A stretch of 64,000 nucleotides of DNA from Chloroflexota bacterium (lineage in GTDB: Bacteria; Chloroflexota; Dehalococcoidia; JABGRK01), in the NCBI GenBank assembly GCA_018648325.1, contig JABGRK010000010.1:8621-72620 (forward strand). Reading direction: 5' to 3'. The notes under the pieces were generated by a model that worked only from the letters and a program-made list of their open reading frames with translations, had not been told where the DNA came from and did not search any database. The position numbers were made by a program, and so were the translations under genes. Positions 19,021-29,448 of the stretch are shown in pieces (within the stretch, counting starts at the first letter, position 1; each line of letters starts with the position of its first letter).

Positions 19021-20247
19021 TTAGCCAATCATGCTGATGAACACTCCGGCGGCCACCGCTGTTCCGATAACACCGGCGATGTTGGGTCCCATAGCATGCA
19101 TCAGAAGGAAGTTTCTGGGGTTTTCCTTCTGCCCCATCCTCTGCACAACCCTTGATGCCATTGGTACCGCCGATACTCCTGCTGCCCCGATCATGGGATT
19201 GATCTTGGTCTTGGAAAACAGGTTCATTATCTGTGCTAAAATTACACCAAACGCTGTAGCTGCCATAAAGGCAACCAAACCCAGTGCAAATATCCCCAGA
19301 GTCTTTTGTTGCAAGAATATAAATCCCGACATCTGGGCGCCCACAGCCACACCCAATAGTATGGTCAGAACGTTCATAAAGCCACCACCGGCAGTAATCG
19401 ATAATCTGTCGGTTACACCACTAACCAGCAGCAGATTGCCCAGCATAAAACTGCCAACCAATGGCGCAGATGCCGGAACCAGCAGTATTATGATGATAGT
19501 AGCCATAAGAGGGAATATAATCTTTTCCCTGTTGGATACCGCTCTGAGCTGCGGCTTCATGTAAATCTGCCGTTGTTTTTTGGAAGTGAACAGCTTTATT
19601 ATAGGCGGCTGGATTATGGGCACCAGTGCCATATATGAATACGCGGCCACAGCTGTGGCCCCCAATATCGTAGGTGCCAGCCTGTTGGTAACAAAGATAG
19701 TCGTAGGACCGTCGGCACCGCCGATTATGCCTATTGAAGCCGCCTCACCCATTTGAAAATCAAACCAGCCCAGTCCCGCTGCCCCCAATCCAAACGCTAC
19801 TATCATAGCGAAATATACGCCGAACTGTGCACCAGCACCCAACAGTAGAGTTTTGGGATTAGCAATTACCGGACCGAAATCGGTCAGCGCACCCAGCCCC
19901 AAAAAGATGAGCGGAGGCATTATCTCCCAGCTAAGTCCATAATGGAATATGCGGGACATCAACCCTACCGGCTCACCGCCAGCCATGTTATACGGTGGCT
20001 GCACATAGTCCTGGTATGGGATAGTCTCTAGTAAGCCTGTACTTGAATTTAAGACCTCATATGCCATCAGCCCCTCGCCGGGCCAGGGAAGGTTAACCAG
20101 TATAACGCCCAGGCCTATGGGGACGAGCAACAACGGCTCCATTTTCTTGGCAATGCCTAAATAAATTAAAGTGAGTCCGATAATAATCATTACCGGATAT
20201 TGATAGTTGGTGAAAAACTCACCAAAACCAGTTTCTAAACCAAACAT
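19021..20247 (-). CDS. Na+-translocating decarboxylase beta subunit (OadB/MmdB/GcdB family)
   Basis: MEPLLLVPIG, IGIIGGADGPT, AAYSYMALVPIIQPP, GVSAVPMASR, HAMGPNIAGVIGTA. Confidence 0.96.
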   Translation of the reverse strand: MFGLETGFGEFFTNYQYPVMIIIGLTLIYLGIAKKMEPLLLVPIGLGVILVNLPWPGEGLMAYEVLNSSTGLLETIPYQDYVQPPYNMAGGEPVGLMSRIFHYGLSWEIMPPLIFLGLGALTDFGPVIANPKTLLLGAGAQFGVYFAMIVAFGLGAAGLGWFDFQMGEAASIGIIGGADGPTTIFVTNRLAPTILGATAVAAYSYMALVPIIQPPIIKLFTSKKQRQIYMKPQLRAVSNREKIIFPLMATIIIILLVPASAPLVGSFMLGNLLLVSGVTDRLSITAGGGFMNVLTILLGVAVGAQMSGFIFLQQKTLGIFALGLVAFMAATAFGVILAQIMNLFSKTKINPMIGAAGVSAVPMASRVVQRMGQKENPRNFLLMHAMGPNIAGVIGTAVAAGVFISMIG

Positions 20248-20261
20248 TTGTGTTTACCTAT

Positions 20262-20480
20262 TTATTCTATTACTGCTATCTCTGCGCCTGCCTGAACCGT
20301 ATCACCGGCGGCGACCTTTATCTCCTTAACAGTACCGTCTATCGGAGAAACCAGGGGGTTTTCCATTTTCATGGACTCAAGTGTGCAAACTACATCGCCC
20401 TCTGCAATTTTTTCTCCAACTTTAGCCATGACCTCAATTATTTTACCAACCATAGGTGCTTCAATGATCTCTTCTGCCAC
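20262..20480 (-). CDS. Biotin carboxyl carrier subunit
   Basis: APMVGKI..LESMKMEN biotinylation motif; GTG start after GGAG. Confidence 0.92.
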   Translation of the reverse strand: MAEEIIEAPMVGKIIEVMAKVGEKIAEGDVVCTLESMKMENPLVSPIDGTVKEIKVAAGDTVQAGAEIAVIE

Positions 20481-20495
20481 GTTAGTGCTCCCTTC

Positions 20496-20702
20496 TTATG
20501 ATGCTTTTTTTTCTTTAGCCTTAGTGTTCTTGGTTCTGGCTTCCATCCTTTTAACAATGTAACCAGTTATCCAAATAGCAACTGCCAGTACGATGAGTAC
20601 TAAAAAGACAACGCCAAAACCAACGCCAGCAACATTCCATGCATCGCTCCAGTTTTGACTTGTAGTTGATATCTTTTCTGCTGCTGCTTTTATCTCATAC
20701 AT
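20496..20702 (-). CDS. OadG/MmdD-like small membrane subunit
   Basis: Single TM GFGVVFLVLIVLAVAIW; first gene of decarboxylase operon. Confidence 0.8.
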   Translation of the reverse strand: MYEIKAAAEKISTTSQNWSDAWNVAGVGFGVVFLVLIVLAVAIWITGYIVKRMEARTKNTKAKEKKAS

Positions 20703-20780
20703 AAATAAGCCCCTAAAACACTCTGATAATATTACCATACGCGCCAATATGAAGGCAATGCCGAATCAATCAAGCAACAC

Positions 20781-20809
20781 TTGCTTATAACGAGCCTCGT
20801 TACTATAAT
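20781..20809 (+). promoter_or_regulatory. aroA promoter with perfect palindrome in spacer
   Basis: TTGCTT-N17-TATAAT; TAACGAG-C-CTCGTTA at 20788-20802. Confidence 0.6.
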
Positions 20810-20831
20810 AGCATCAACCTGTAATTTATAA

Positions 20832-22145
20832 GTGAAGAAGATGGAACAAACAATCAAACAACCCGATAATATCAAAGGGCAAATAAGCCCTCCTGGCGAT
20901 AAGTCCATATCGCATCGCGCACTGATGCTCAACGCCATAGCCGATGGGACAGCCGAGGTCAAAAACTACCTGCCAAGTGCAGATGTAAGCAGCACCATAA
21001 AATGCCTTGAAGCAATGGGCGTAAAGATTGAGGTTTATGACGATAAGCTAATTGTGCACGGCACAGGGCTTGACGGCCTCAAGGAGCCTAACGATATTCT
21101 GGATGCGGGCAACAGCGGCACGTCCATGAGGCTGCTTTCCGGTTTGCTGGCCGCACAACCATTTCTTACCACCATCACCGGCGATGATTCGCTACGCTCG
21201 CGACCAATGGACCGGGTAATCAAGCCACTCAGGCTTATGGGAGCCAGCATTTGGGGGAAAAGCAGCAACGGACTGGCCCCACTGATGATAAAGGGAGCAG
21301 ACCTGCACGGCATAAAATACGAAATGCCCGTGGCCAGCGCGCAGGTCAAATCGGCAATACTACTGGCATCACTTTACGCACAGGGCACAACAACTATCAT
21401 AGAGCCGATAAAGTCCAGGGATCATACCGAACGCATGCTGCGTGCCATGGGTGTAGCACTTAATATCAGCGGAAACGAAATAAGCTGCCTGCCGCCGGCA
21501 AAATCACTTAAGTCTCTGAATATAACCGTACCCGGTGACGTAAGCGCTGCAGCATACTGGCTAGTGGCCGGAGCAATTCATCCCAGCGCCCGCATCGAGA
21601 TAACCAACGTGGGTGTAAACCCGACGCGAAGCGGTATTATAGACGTACTTACAGAAATGGGCGCAAAGATCGAGATCAAAAACGAACACAAGGAAGGCGG
21701 AGAACCAGTCGCCGATCTGATAGTTAAGTCCAGCCAGCTTAAAGGTATAAACATCGAAGGGGATATGATTCCAAGGCTAATCGACGAAATTCCTGTAATA
21801 GCTGTTGCGGCCTCCATGGCCAAAGGTAAAACCACTATACGCGATGCCGGCGAATTGAGGGTGAAGGAAAGCGACAGAATCACCACCACCACTGCCGAAC
21901 TGCAAAAAATGGGTGCCCGCATCGAGGAACTGCTGGATGGAATGGTTATTAACGGCACAGGTAAACTGCGCGGTGCTGAGTGTGACAGCCACGCAGACCA
22001 CAGGCTGGCAATGGCACTGGCAGTAGCAGGGCTCGTTGCCGAGGGTGACACGATGATTTATAATGCGGAGGCAGTAAATATATCCTATCCGGATTTCTGG
22101 AGTGATCTAGATAATTTAACCGGCCAAAATGAGGATAACTCATGA
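20832..22145 (+). CDS. aroA: EPSP synthase
   Basis: PGDKSISHRA, DAGNSGTSMR, ASAQVKSA, ELRVKESDR, DHRLAM. Confidence 0.97.
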   Translation: MKKMEQTIKQPDNIKGQISPPGDKSISHRALMLNAIADGTAEVKNYLPSADVSSTIKCLEAMGVKIEVYDDKLIVHGTGLDGLKEPNDILDAGNSGTSMRLLSGLLAAQPFLTTITGDDSLRSRPMDRVIKPLRLMGASIWGKSSNGLAPLMIKGADLHGIKYEMPVASAQVKSAILLASLYAQGTTTIIEPIKSRDHTERMLRAMGVALNISGNEISCLPPAKSLKSLNITVPGDVSAAAYWLVAGAIHPSARIEITNVGVNPTRSGIIDVLTEMGAKIEIKNEHKEGGEPVADLIVKSSQLKGINIEGDMIPRLIDEIPVIAVAASMAKGKTTIRDAGELRVKESDRITTTTAELQKMGARIEELLDGMVINGTGKLRGAECDSHADHRLAMALAVAGLVAEGDTMIYNAEAVNISYPDFWSDLDNLTGQNEDNS

Positions 22146-22429
22146 ATACCCAGCTTATACATATAGGTTTCGGCAATATACTGGCAATCAATCGTGCGGT
22201 AGCCGTCATATCACCGGGATCTGCACCCATCAAGCGTCTGGTGCAGGAGGGCAAGGCAAAAGGGCTGATTATCGACATGACCAGCGGCAGAAAAACAAAA
22301 ACTGTCATTGTCATGGACAGCGGACACCTGGTACTTGCCGCCCTTACGCCGGAAACCATAGCAGGAAGAGTAGTATCCGGCAGGGGAGGCCAAGCCGTCA
22401 AGCCATCGGGAGAGGAAGACAATGTTTAA
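22142..22429 (+). CDS. remA: DUF370/RemA family protein
   Basis: LIHIGFGN..SAPIKRLV..LIIDMTSGRKT; conserved position upstream of gmk. Confidence 0.88.
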   Translation: MNTQLIHIGFGNILAINRAVAVISPGSAPIKRLVQEGKAKGLIIDMTSGRKTKTVIVMDSGHLVLAALTPETIAGRVVSGRGGQAVKPSGEEDNV

Positions 22430-23015
22430 CTCCCTGCTCATCGTGATATCAGGTCCCTCAGGTGCGGGTAAAGATACCGTTATCAACGAAATAAAACGTA
22501 AAAGTGGTTCCATACATCACACAACGACGCTAACTACACGCCCCAAACGCAACGGTGAAAAGGACGGGATCGACTATCATTTTACGTCAGTTAACGATTT
22601 TAAGCGTCTTATTGAACAAGACGGCTTTCTGGAATGGGCCACGGTGTACGGCAACCTGTACGGCACACCCAAAGAGCAGATTCGCCAGGCACTGGCAAAC
22701 GGACTGGATGTAATAACCAAGGTTGATGTTCAGGGGGCACTGGCCATAAAAAAACAGGTGCCCAATGCACTTTTTATCTGGATATCTGCACCGTCTATCG
22801 AAGAACTGGATCAGCGTTTAAGACTGAGAAACAGCGACAGCAAAAAGGATATTGAGCTTAGAATTAAAACAGCGCACGAAGAAATAAAACAATTGCATAA
22901 CTTCGATAACGAGGTAATCAATCGGTCTGGTCACGCCAAAAAAGCAGCAGCCGAGATTATAGATATCATTGCCAAGGAGAAAAACAGGCCAAACCCTCGA
23001 CAGATTACGCTCTGA
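22422..23015 (+). CDS. gmk: Guanylate kinase
   Basis: SGPSGAGKDT, TTRPKRNGEKDGIDYHF, YGNLYGTP, DVQGA. Confidence 0.96.
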   Translation: MFNSLLIVISGPSGAGKDTVINEIKRKSGSIHHTTTLTTRPKRNGEKDGIDYHFTSVNDFKRLIEQDGFLEWATVYGNLYGTPKEQIRQALANGLDVITKVDVQGALAIKKQVPNALFIWISAPSIEELDQRLRLRNSDSKKDIELRIKTAHEEIKQLHNFDNEVINRSGHAKKAAAEIIDIIAKEKNRPNPRQITL

Positions 23016-23089
23016 TGCAGTATCATGTCTGCATCTGTTGCCAAATCACACATAATATATTTTCATACTAGAATTTTTTAGGAGGGGAA

Positions 23090-24445
23090 ATGGACACTAA
23101 GATAACCTTAAGCGAAAAAGAGATGCCAACCAAATGGTATAACATTCTGCCCGATCTGCCGGAACCATTGCCAGCAGTACTGCATCCGGGTACAGGCAAT
23201 CCGGTAAGCCCGGATGACTTGGCACCCCTTTTCCCGATGGCGCTGATAATGCAGGAATTCAGCCCTGAAAGCTACATCGAGATACCAGAAGAGGTACAGC
23301 AGATATACAAGATGTGGCGCCCGGCGCCGCTGATCCGGGCCTATAGACTGGAAAAGGCTCTGGGAACACCTGCACATATCTATTATAAATACGAAGGTGT
23401 AAGCCCGGCCGGAAGCCACAAGGTCAATACGTCTATCCCACAAGCATACTATAACAAACAGGAAGGCATAAACCGGATCGCCACCGAGACTGGTGCCGGA
23501 CAGTGGGGCAGCGCCCTTGCCTTGGGTTGCCAGTACTTCGATATAGAGCTCAAGGTCTACATGGTCAAGATAAGCTACGAGCAAAAACCCTATCGCCGCA
23601 TAATGATGGAGACCTGGGGAGCCGAATGCATACCCAGCCCCAGCAACCAGACCAATGCCGGAAGGGCTGTTTTAGAAAACGACCCCGACTGCACAGGCAG
23701 CTTAGGGATTGCCATCAGTGAAGCAGTTGAGGACGCGGCAACCCGCGATGATACGCACTACTCGCTGGGTAGCGTGCTGAACCACGTACTGCTGCATCAG
23801 ACGATCATCGGCGAAGAAGCCATGCTACAGATGGAAAAAGCCGACGCCTATCCCGACGTAGTAATAGGTTGCGTTGGCGGTGGTTCCAACTTCGGCGGTA
23901 TTGCCATTCCCTTCATCAGAGATAAAATTAAAAACGGCAAAAAGACCAAGATCATCGCCGTCGAACCCGCAGCATGTCCCACCCTTACCAAGGGACCATA
24001 TGAATACGACTTCGGCGATGTTGCCGGTATGACCCCACTACTCAAAATGTACACACTGGGACATACCTTTGTGCCGCCCCCGGTACATGCCGGTGGTCTG
24101 CGCTATCACGGCATGTCACCGCTGGTCTGTCACCTGTACAAGCTGGGACTGGTCGAAGCGCGAGCGGTACATCAATTGGGAACCTTCGAGGCTGCACTAC
24201 AGTTCGCCCGCACCGAAGGCATTATACCCGCTCCGGAACCGTCTCATGCAATACGGGTAACAATTGACGAGGCCCTCAAGTGCAAAGAGACCGGCGAAAA
24301 GAAAAACATCCTTTTGGCCCTCTCCGGACACGGCCACTTTGACCTGGCCTCTTACGAAGCATACATGTCGGGCAAGCTGCAGGATTACGCTTATCCCGAG
24401 GATTTGGTCAAGGAAGCACTCACTCACCTGCCAAAAGTTGACTAG
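23090..24445 (+). CDS. trpB2: TrpB2 (stand-alone tryptophan synthase beta-like PLP enzyme)
   Basis: [43 protein letters not shown]. Confidence 0.93.
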   Translation: MDTKITLSEKEMPTKWYNILPDLPEPLPAVLHPGTGNPVSPDDLAPLFPMALIMQEFSPESYIEIPEEVQQIYKMWRPAPLIRAYRLEKALGTPAHIYYKYEGVSPAGSHKVNTSIPQAYYNKQEGINRIATETGAGQWGSALALGCQYFDIELKVYMVKISYEQKPYRRIMMETWGAECIPSPSNQTNAGRAVLENDPDCTGSLGIAISEAVEDAATRDDTHYSLGSVLNHVLLHQTIIGEEAMLQMEKADAYPDVVIGCVGGGSNFGGIAIPFIRDKIKNGKKTKIIAVEPAACPTLTKGPYEYDFGDVAGMTPLLKMYTLGHTFVPPPVHAGGLRYHGMSPLVCHLYKLGLVEARAVHQLGTFEAALQFARTEGIIPAPEPSHAIRVTIDEALKCKETGEKKNILLALSGHGHFDLASYEAYMSGKLQDYAYPEDLVKEALTHLPKVD

Positions 24446-24458
24446 ATATAGAATCAAA

Positions 24459-24502
24459 TATCCTCCCCTCGCCCTCTCTTTTTGTGGGGAAAGGGGAGGA
24501 TA
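24459..24502. terminator. Stem-loop downstream of trpB2
   Basis: TATCCTCCCCT...AGGGGAGGATA inverted repeat; weak U-tract. Confidence 0.5.
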
Positions 24503-24555
24503 CAATCTAAACGCATTCTTTTAACTTTAGATGAGTTATTTGGGAGACGTTAAAC

Positions 24556-25356
24556 ATGAGTAACAGTCTTGGACCCAGAAACGTAGACAGCATTCTGGCA
24601 GACACCGTCAGAATTTACTGGAACAGTGCGTCAAAGCTACTGAGGATATCAGCTATTATAGGCGTGCCACTAGCTGTACTGGCAGGAGTTTCCAACTATT
24701 GGACGGCAAGAATAGTCTACAATGGCAATATCACCAACTACTCCATCCTGTGGGTAATTATGATACTGGCGCTTGGGTTCATACTTCCGCTCATCGCCGT
24801 GGTGGCATCGGCATTTTCACACGGAGCATTGATGAACGCAGTATCAGAACAATTCGTCAGAGATGACATTGACGTATACCGCTCATTCCGATCAGCATGG
24901 AAAAGGGTTCAGGGGCTTATCGTAGTAACTATCATAGCTACCGTAATCGTATGCGGGCTTTCAATAACGGTGGTGGGCATACCCTTGGCGATATACTACG
25001 CAATACGGTGGATATTCGCCCTGCAGGCAGTACTTTTCGAAGGAATTGCCCCCTTAACAGCGCTCGATCGAAGTTCAAAACTGGTCGAGGACAACTGGTG
25101 GCGCATTTTCGGTATTATGGCTATCCTCGTGATAATCGCGGGAGCAATTGCCATTGGCTTCTTTTTCATACCAACGGTAGGGCTTACCTTATTCATTGCC
25201 GTATTCCTGATTGTATCGCTTCCCATAATCGTTATTGGGAACACTATGCTCTACTTCGACGTGCGGGTACGCAAAGAGGAATACAACAAGGAAACACTGC
25301 TTAAGGAGCTCACAGATGTGGAATCGGGGGTTCACTACCAGCCTCCGCTACTTTAA
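24556..25356 (+). CDS. Integral membrane protein (GDPD membrane-domain-like)
   Basis: Several TM segments; ALDRSSKLVEDNWWRIFG and LYFDVRVRKE motifs. Confidence 0.7.
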   Translation: MSNSLGPRNVDSILADTVRIYWNSASKLLRISAIIGVPLAVLAGVSNYWTARIVYNGNITNYSILWVIMILALGFILPLIAVVASAFSHGALMNAVSEQFVRDDIDVYRSFRSAWKRVQGLIVVTIIATVIVCGLSITVVGIPLAIYYAIRWIFALQAVLFEGIAPLTALDRSSKLVEDNWWRIFGIMAILVIIAGAIAIGFFFIPTVGLTLFIAVFLIVSLPIIVIGNTMLYFDVRVRKEEYNKETLLKELTDVESGVHYQPPLL

Positions 25357-25424
25357 CACACTCGCATGCACCCCATATCATTCCTGTTGACTAAAGATAT
25401 CTCCGGCATATATAGTAGCTTATT

Positions 25425-26468
25425 ATGCAAAAAGTAACCCTTAAACGCACAGGTCTTACCGTATCACGTATAGGATTTGGCGGACTTCCCATCCAGCGCC
25501 TTGATGACCAGAAGGCGATTGCCGTAATTAAACGCTGCCTCAATCTGGGCGTAAATCTCATCGACACCGCCAACGGCTACACCACAAGCGAAGGCAATAT
25601 CGGCAAAGCTATTGCCGATTATCCCCGCGACAAAATAGTTATTGCCAGTAAAACACGCGCGCGGGACTACAAAACAGCAAAAGAGCACATCAAACTCAGC
25701 CTTGAGCGCCTAAATACCGACTACATCGACCTATACGAATTGCACAACGTATCCGACCTGCCGGTGCTGGATCAGATACTTGCCAAGGACGGTGCATTAT
25801 CCGCTCTTCAAGAGGCACAGCAAGCGGGAATTATTAAACACGTTGGTATCTCATCACACGGACACGAAACTGCTCTGGCATCCGCTAAACTGAACTGCTT
25901 TGAAACCCTGATGTATCCGTTCAACTTCATCGGCCACGAACCGGGTCATGAGGTGCTTGCCGCATGCCGCGATAACAACATCGACTTCTTTGCCATGAAA
26001 CCGCTGGGAGGTGGACGTCTCGATAACTCAAACCTGGCCTTCAAGTACCTACTCAACATACCTGATGTTGTACCCTTCGTGGGCATAGAAAAGCCTTCAG
26101 AGATAGAGGAAATCGCAGACATTGAGCAAAACATGGCACCGCTGACACCAGCCGAGCAAAGAGAAATTCAGCAGCTAAGAGATGAGATCGGCGACCGCTT
26201 CTGCCGACGCTGCCGTTACTGCCTGCCCTGCCCCCAGGGCATCGCCATACCCCTGATCAATAATCTGGTCACCATGATCCAACATGACAGTGCAGAAGAT
26301 TGTTTTGGATCAGGCATGATTGCCAAAATGGCTGAAAAAGGCAGGGAGTGTACCGAGTGCGGCGAATGTGAACAGAAATGCCCATACGACCTGCCCATCA
26401 TCCAGATGAATAAGGACAACCTGGCGCTATACGATAAGGCCAAAGCCGAGTATGATAGCGGGCTATAA
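25425..26468 (+). CDS. Aldo/keto reductase with C-terminal Fe-S domain
   Basis: GFGGLPIQR, DTANGY, MKPLGGG, CRRCRYCLPCP, CTECGECEQKCP. Confidence 0.92.
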   Translation: MQKVTLKRTGLTVSRIGFGGLPIQRLDDQKAIAVIKRCLNLGVNLIDTANGYTTSEGNIGKAIADYPRDKIVIASKTRARDYKTAKEHIKLSLERLNTDYIDLYELHNVSDLPVLDQILAKDGALSALQEAQQAGIIKHVGISSHGHETALASAKLNCFETLMYPFNFIGHEPGHEVLAACRDNNIDFFAMKPLGGGRLDNSNLAFKYLLNIPDVVPFVGIEKPSEIEEIADIEQNMAPLTPAEQREIQQLRDEIGDRFCRRCRYCLPCPQGIAIPLINNLVTMIQHDSAEDCFGSGMIAKMAEKGRECTECGECEQKCPYDLPIIQMNKDNLALYDKAKAEYDSGL

Positions 26469-26478
26469 AAAGGCGCAG

Positions 26479-27753
26479 CTAAAACTGATGATTAGGCTTC
26501 TTTCTGGTTTTAGGCAAGCTCCATATGGATATCATGCCTACTACTGCAATGCCCATTCCGACATACCACGCCAGATCGTAGCTGCCCATCGTATCCCAAA
26601 CCAGCCCTGCCAGTGGTGCTCCCACTATGCTTCCGATACTGCAAAACCCCATCATAAGCCCCATCACAGTGCCAAAATTGCCCCGGCCGAAGTAGGATAT
26701 TATCAAGGGCGGACGCAGTGCATTGTTACCACCATGACCCATACTGTAAAGAACAATGAAAGGAATAATCAGCCAGAAAGCTTTATCAGATACATTAAGA
26801 AACAACACAAAAGCGATCAGCATTGCGGCAAATCCGACTACCACAAGCGTTTTACGCTCACGCCGGTCGGCAAGCCAGCCAAAGCCGAGGCGACTGCCGA
26901 TGGTGGAAAGAGCAACCAACATGGTAATAAATCCGGCCGCAGAACGGTCTATACCCACGCTCTCAAGATAAGGCATTATATTTGTAATAACCCCCGAAAG
27001 CAGTATCATGAGGCAGATGTAAGCAATGGTTATACGCCAGAAAACCCCGTTACTTAAAAGATCCCGCACCTTCCATATTTTCTCAGCAGACGGTTTCTGT
27101 ACGACTTCGGATAAGGGTGGGGCGGATGGTTCCTGTTCCCCATCCGGCAAATATCCGTACGGCTGAGGCCTGTGCCTAAATACTAAAGACAAAGGAGTGA
27201 TAATAACAATTGCGCCCACTGACAACCATAGGAGTGCTTCGCGCCAGCCCTGAGTATCAATCAGCCACCTGGTCAACAGAACGACAACACCGGACAGCCC
27301 GAACCCGATGACAGCAAAGGCGCTGGCAATATTCATTTTTTTGTGGAACCAGTTGGCCACGGCGGACATGGGGACGGTAAGAGTGCAGGTGCTCATGCCC
27401 AAGGCTAAAACCGCAAAAGACAGGTAGAACATCCAAAGCGAATTAATTTGAGACAACATGACCAGACTCAAAGCAACTATGATGGACCCGATAAAAATAA
27501 GCCGTCTGGGGCCATACTTATCAACCAGTTTACCGGCAAACGGCGCAAGCAATCCCGACTCCATCCCGCGAAGACTCACCGAAGATGTAGTAAGCCATCT
27601 GGGCCAGAGGGGAAAACTAACCTCAATGGGCTCTATGAAAGCGGTAAAACCAAAGAAGACAACACCGCCCATGTAGGTAGTGATAATGACCATGGCAGCA
27701 ACTATCCACCAGCCATAGAAAATACGGGGTTGTTTCTTCTTACTCACGCTCAT
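26479..27753 (-). CDS. MFS transporter
   Basis: IFYGWWIV, GKLVDKYGPRR, GWLADRRERK; about 12 TM. Confidence 0.92.
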   Translation of the reverse strand: MSVSKKKQPRIFYGWWIVAAMVIITTYMGGVVFFGFTAFIEPIEVSFPLWPRWLTTSSVSLRGMESGLLAPFAGKLVDKYGPRRLIFIGSIIVALSLVMLSQINSLWMFYLSFAVLALGMSTCTLTVPMSAVANWFHKKMNIASAFAVIGFGLSGVVVLLTRWLIDTQGWREALLWLSVGAIVIITPLSLVFRHRPQPYGYLPDGEQEPSAPPLSEVVQKPSAEKIWKVRDLLSNGVFWRITIAYICLMILLSGVITNIMPYLESVGIDRSAAGFITMLVALSTIGSRLGFGWLADRRERKTLVVVGFAAMLIAFVLFLNVSDKAFWLIIPFIVLYSMGHGGNNALRPPLIISYFGRGNFGTVMGLMMGFCSIGSIVGAPLAGLVWDTMGSYDLAWYVGMGIAVVGMISIWSLPKTRKKPNHQF

Positions 27754-27828
27754 AAATTATATAAGCTCCACTTTACACTCGTTTTACATAGTTCAATATC
27801 ATATTACTTCGTGAACAAATGCGACTGG

Positions 27829-29019
27829 TCACGATTTATTAAATGCCCGCTGCATAGTTTTACCTAGAAACGCCAGCAATCTTCCGCCAAAGGATTGCCT
27901 GCGTACTATTGCATCGTAGCGGCAAACCTCATGGCAACACAAGCATTTTATACACATGCTATCGTTGATCTTGGCTATCTTGCTGCTCATCTTGATAGCA
28001 TGCACAGGGCAAACCTTGGCGCACTCGGCACAGCCGGTGCATTTGACTTTTTTAACGCTGGGCTTAACATCAAGCTGTTTTACAACAAATCCAGCCAGAA
28101 AGCGAGGAGCCTTTTCCACCGCCGCACCGCTTGATGAGGCCGGATGCTTAAAACCCAGAACTTTAACATCATCAATCGCTTGGCCAACCACATCGATACT
28201 ACCCAGATCAGCCACTCCCAAACCACGTTGGGCGGCATACTTAAGAGTGCGCACATCCATAGGGTCAATCCCGATTATGGTAGTAGCAACAGCATCGAGC
28301 GCAACCGCGTCGGCACCGGCCAGCACAACGCCAACTTTGCGTGGACTGCCACCTGCCGGACCCTCTCCCTCCATGGCCATAATCCCATCCATTATGTTTA
28401 AGTGCGGCCTCACCTGTGAAAACACATCCACCAGCATCTGGTTAAAATCAACTCTGGCCATGTAGTCAGCGTGATACCTGCGCCGAATTCCGCCAGGTAA
28501 TACGCCGTACATATTTTTAACAGCGCCAGTAAAGACGGCCAACGAGTGGGTTTTCATCTTTGGTAGATTAATGATTACGTCCGACTCAAGCACTGCTTTG
28601 GATATATATGTCTTATCGAGTGCCATGTTGTTAGCGTCCGATTTCTCTATAAACCCTTCCTCTCTCAGGTTTATCAGCTTCACACCAGCGCGGTCACATG
28701 CCTGACGAATCCCCGATACCTCAAAGCCGTCAGGCGGACCGGAGTCGATGTCATCACCAACGGTTATATCAGTGGTAATTGCTTTTAACAGAGTTACAAC
28801 GGCCTCCACAAAAACAGGATTGGTCACAATACACTTTTCGGCAACCGATGGAGGCGGAAGGTGATTTATCTTTACAAAAACCTTGCTTTGAGGAGGAACA
28901 AAAGAGCTCAAACCCCCAATCAGATCAAGCGCTTCGTCTATATCTATGCTCAGTTCATCACACTTATAAGCGCCTGCTCTCACAAGCGCTATTTTTGCTC
29001 TTTCAGACTTCATATTCAT
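27829..29019 (-). CDS. DUF362 protein with 4Fe-4S dicluster
   Basis: INLPKMKTH, TGAVKNMYG, MEGEGPAGG, CTGCAECAKVCP, CIKCLCCHEVC. Confidence 0.88.
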   Translation of the reverse strand: MNMKSERAKIALVRAGAYKCDELSIDIDEALDLIGGLSSFVPPQSKVFVKINHLPPPSVAEKCIVTNPVFVEAVVTLLKAITTDITVGDDIDSGPPDGFEVSGIRQACDRAGVKLINLREEGFIEKSDANNMALDKTYISKAVLESDVIINLPKMKTHSLAVFTGAVKNMYGVLPGGIRRRYHADYMARVDFNQMLVDVFSQVRPHLNIMDGIMAMEGEGPAGGSPRKVGVVLAGADAVALDAVATTIIGIDPMDVRTLKYAAQRGLGVADLGSIDVVGQAIDDVKVLGFKHPASSSGAAVEKAPRFLAGFVVKQLDVKPSVKKVKCTGCAECAKVCPVHAIKMSSKIAKINDSMCIKCLCCHEVCRYDAIVRRQSFGGRLLAFLGKTMQRAFNKS

Positions 29020-29211
29020 ACTTACTTGGTATTATGCACATTTTGTGACTACTAGGCAAATAAAACTAAACAGACATATTTGCATTAATCTTGATAATTG
29101 TCACGCAATTTCCACTGTTTTTCCATACCGGTATTCGCCTTATCCACCGGCTTTTTCACCATGCACGGTTAGAATTTAATTAGTTGGGGGATGAAAATAA
29201 GGAGGTTGATC

Positions 29212-29361
29212 ATGGAAGAGCACAGAGAAGAAGAAAAAGAACTGGTTAGAGTACGAGTACGCAAACAGCCTCAAAAGATTCTTAAAGCCCTGGAACCGGG
29301 AACCCCCATTGATATCAAAATCAAGGCGTGGGAAGCACCTCGCAGATGGAAATCCTACTAA
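29212..29361 (+). CDS. Small hypothetical protein (49 aa; not in ORF track)
   Basis: AAGGAGG SD; MEEHREEEKELVRVRVRKQPQKILKALEPGTPIDIKIKAWEAPRRWKSY; terminator follows. Confidence 0.65.
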   Translation: MEEHREEEKELVRVRVRKQPQKILKALEPGTPIDIKIKAWEAPRRWKSY

Positions 29362-29388
29362 ACCGGCTTGATAATAACACAACCTATT

Positions 29389-29415
29389 AAAAGGGCTTCA
29401 AATGAAGCCCTTTTT
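29389..29415. terminator. Bidirectional intrinsic terminator
   Basis: AAAAGGGCTTCA-AA-TGAAGCCCTTTTT between convergent genes. Confidence 0.8.
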
Positions 29416-29448
29416 GACGTCTATTGTGATTCTAAAAGCAATCAGCTA

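Noticed and set aside
15880-20702. Single operon coupling Na+ decarboxylase to the NuoEFG-like module
   Set aside because: An intrinsic terminator (18967-18994) and a separate promoter (18920-18947) lie between them
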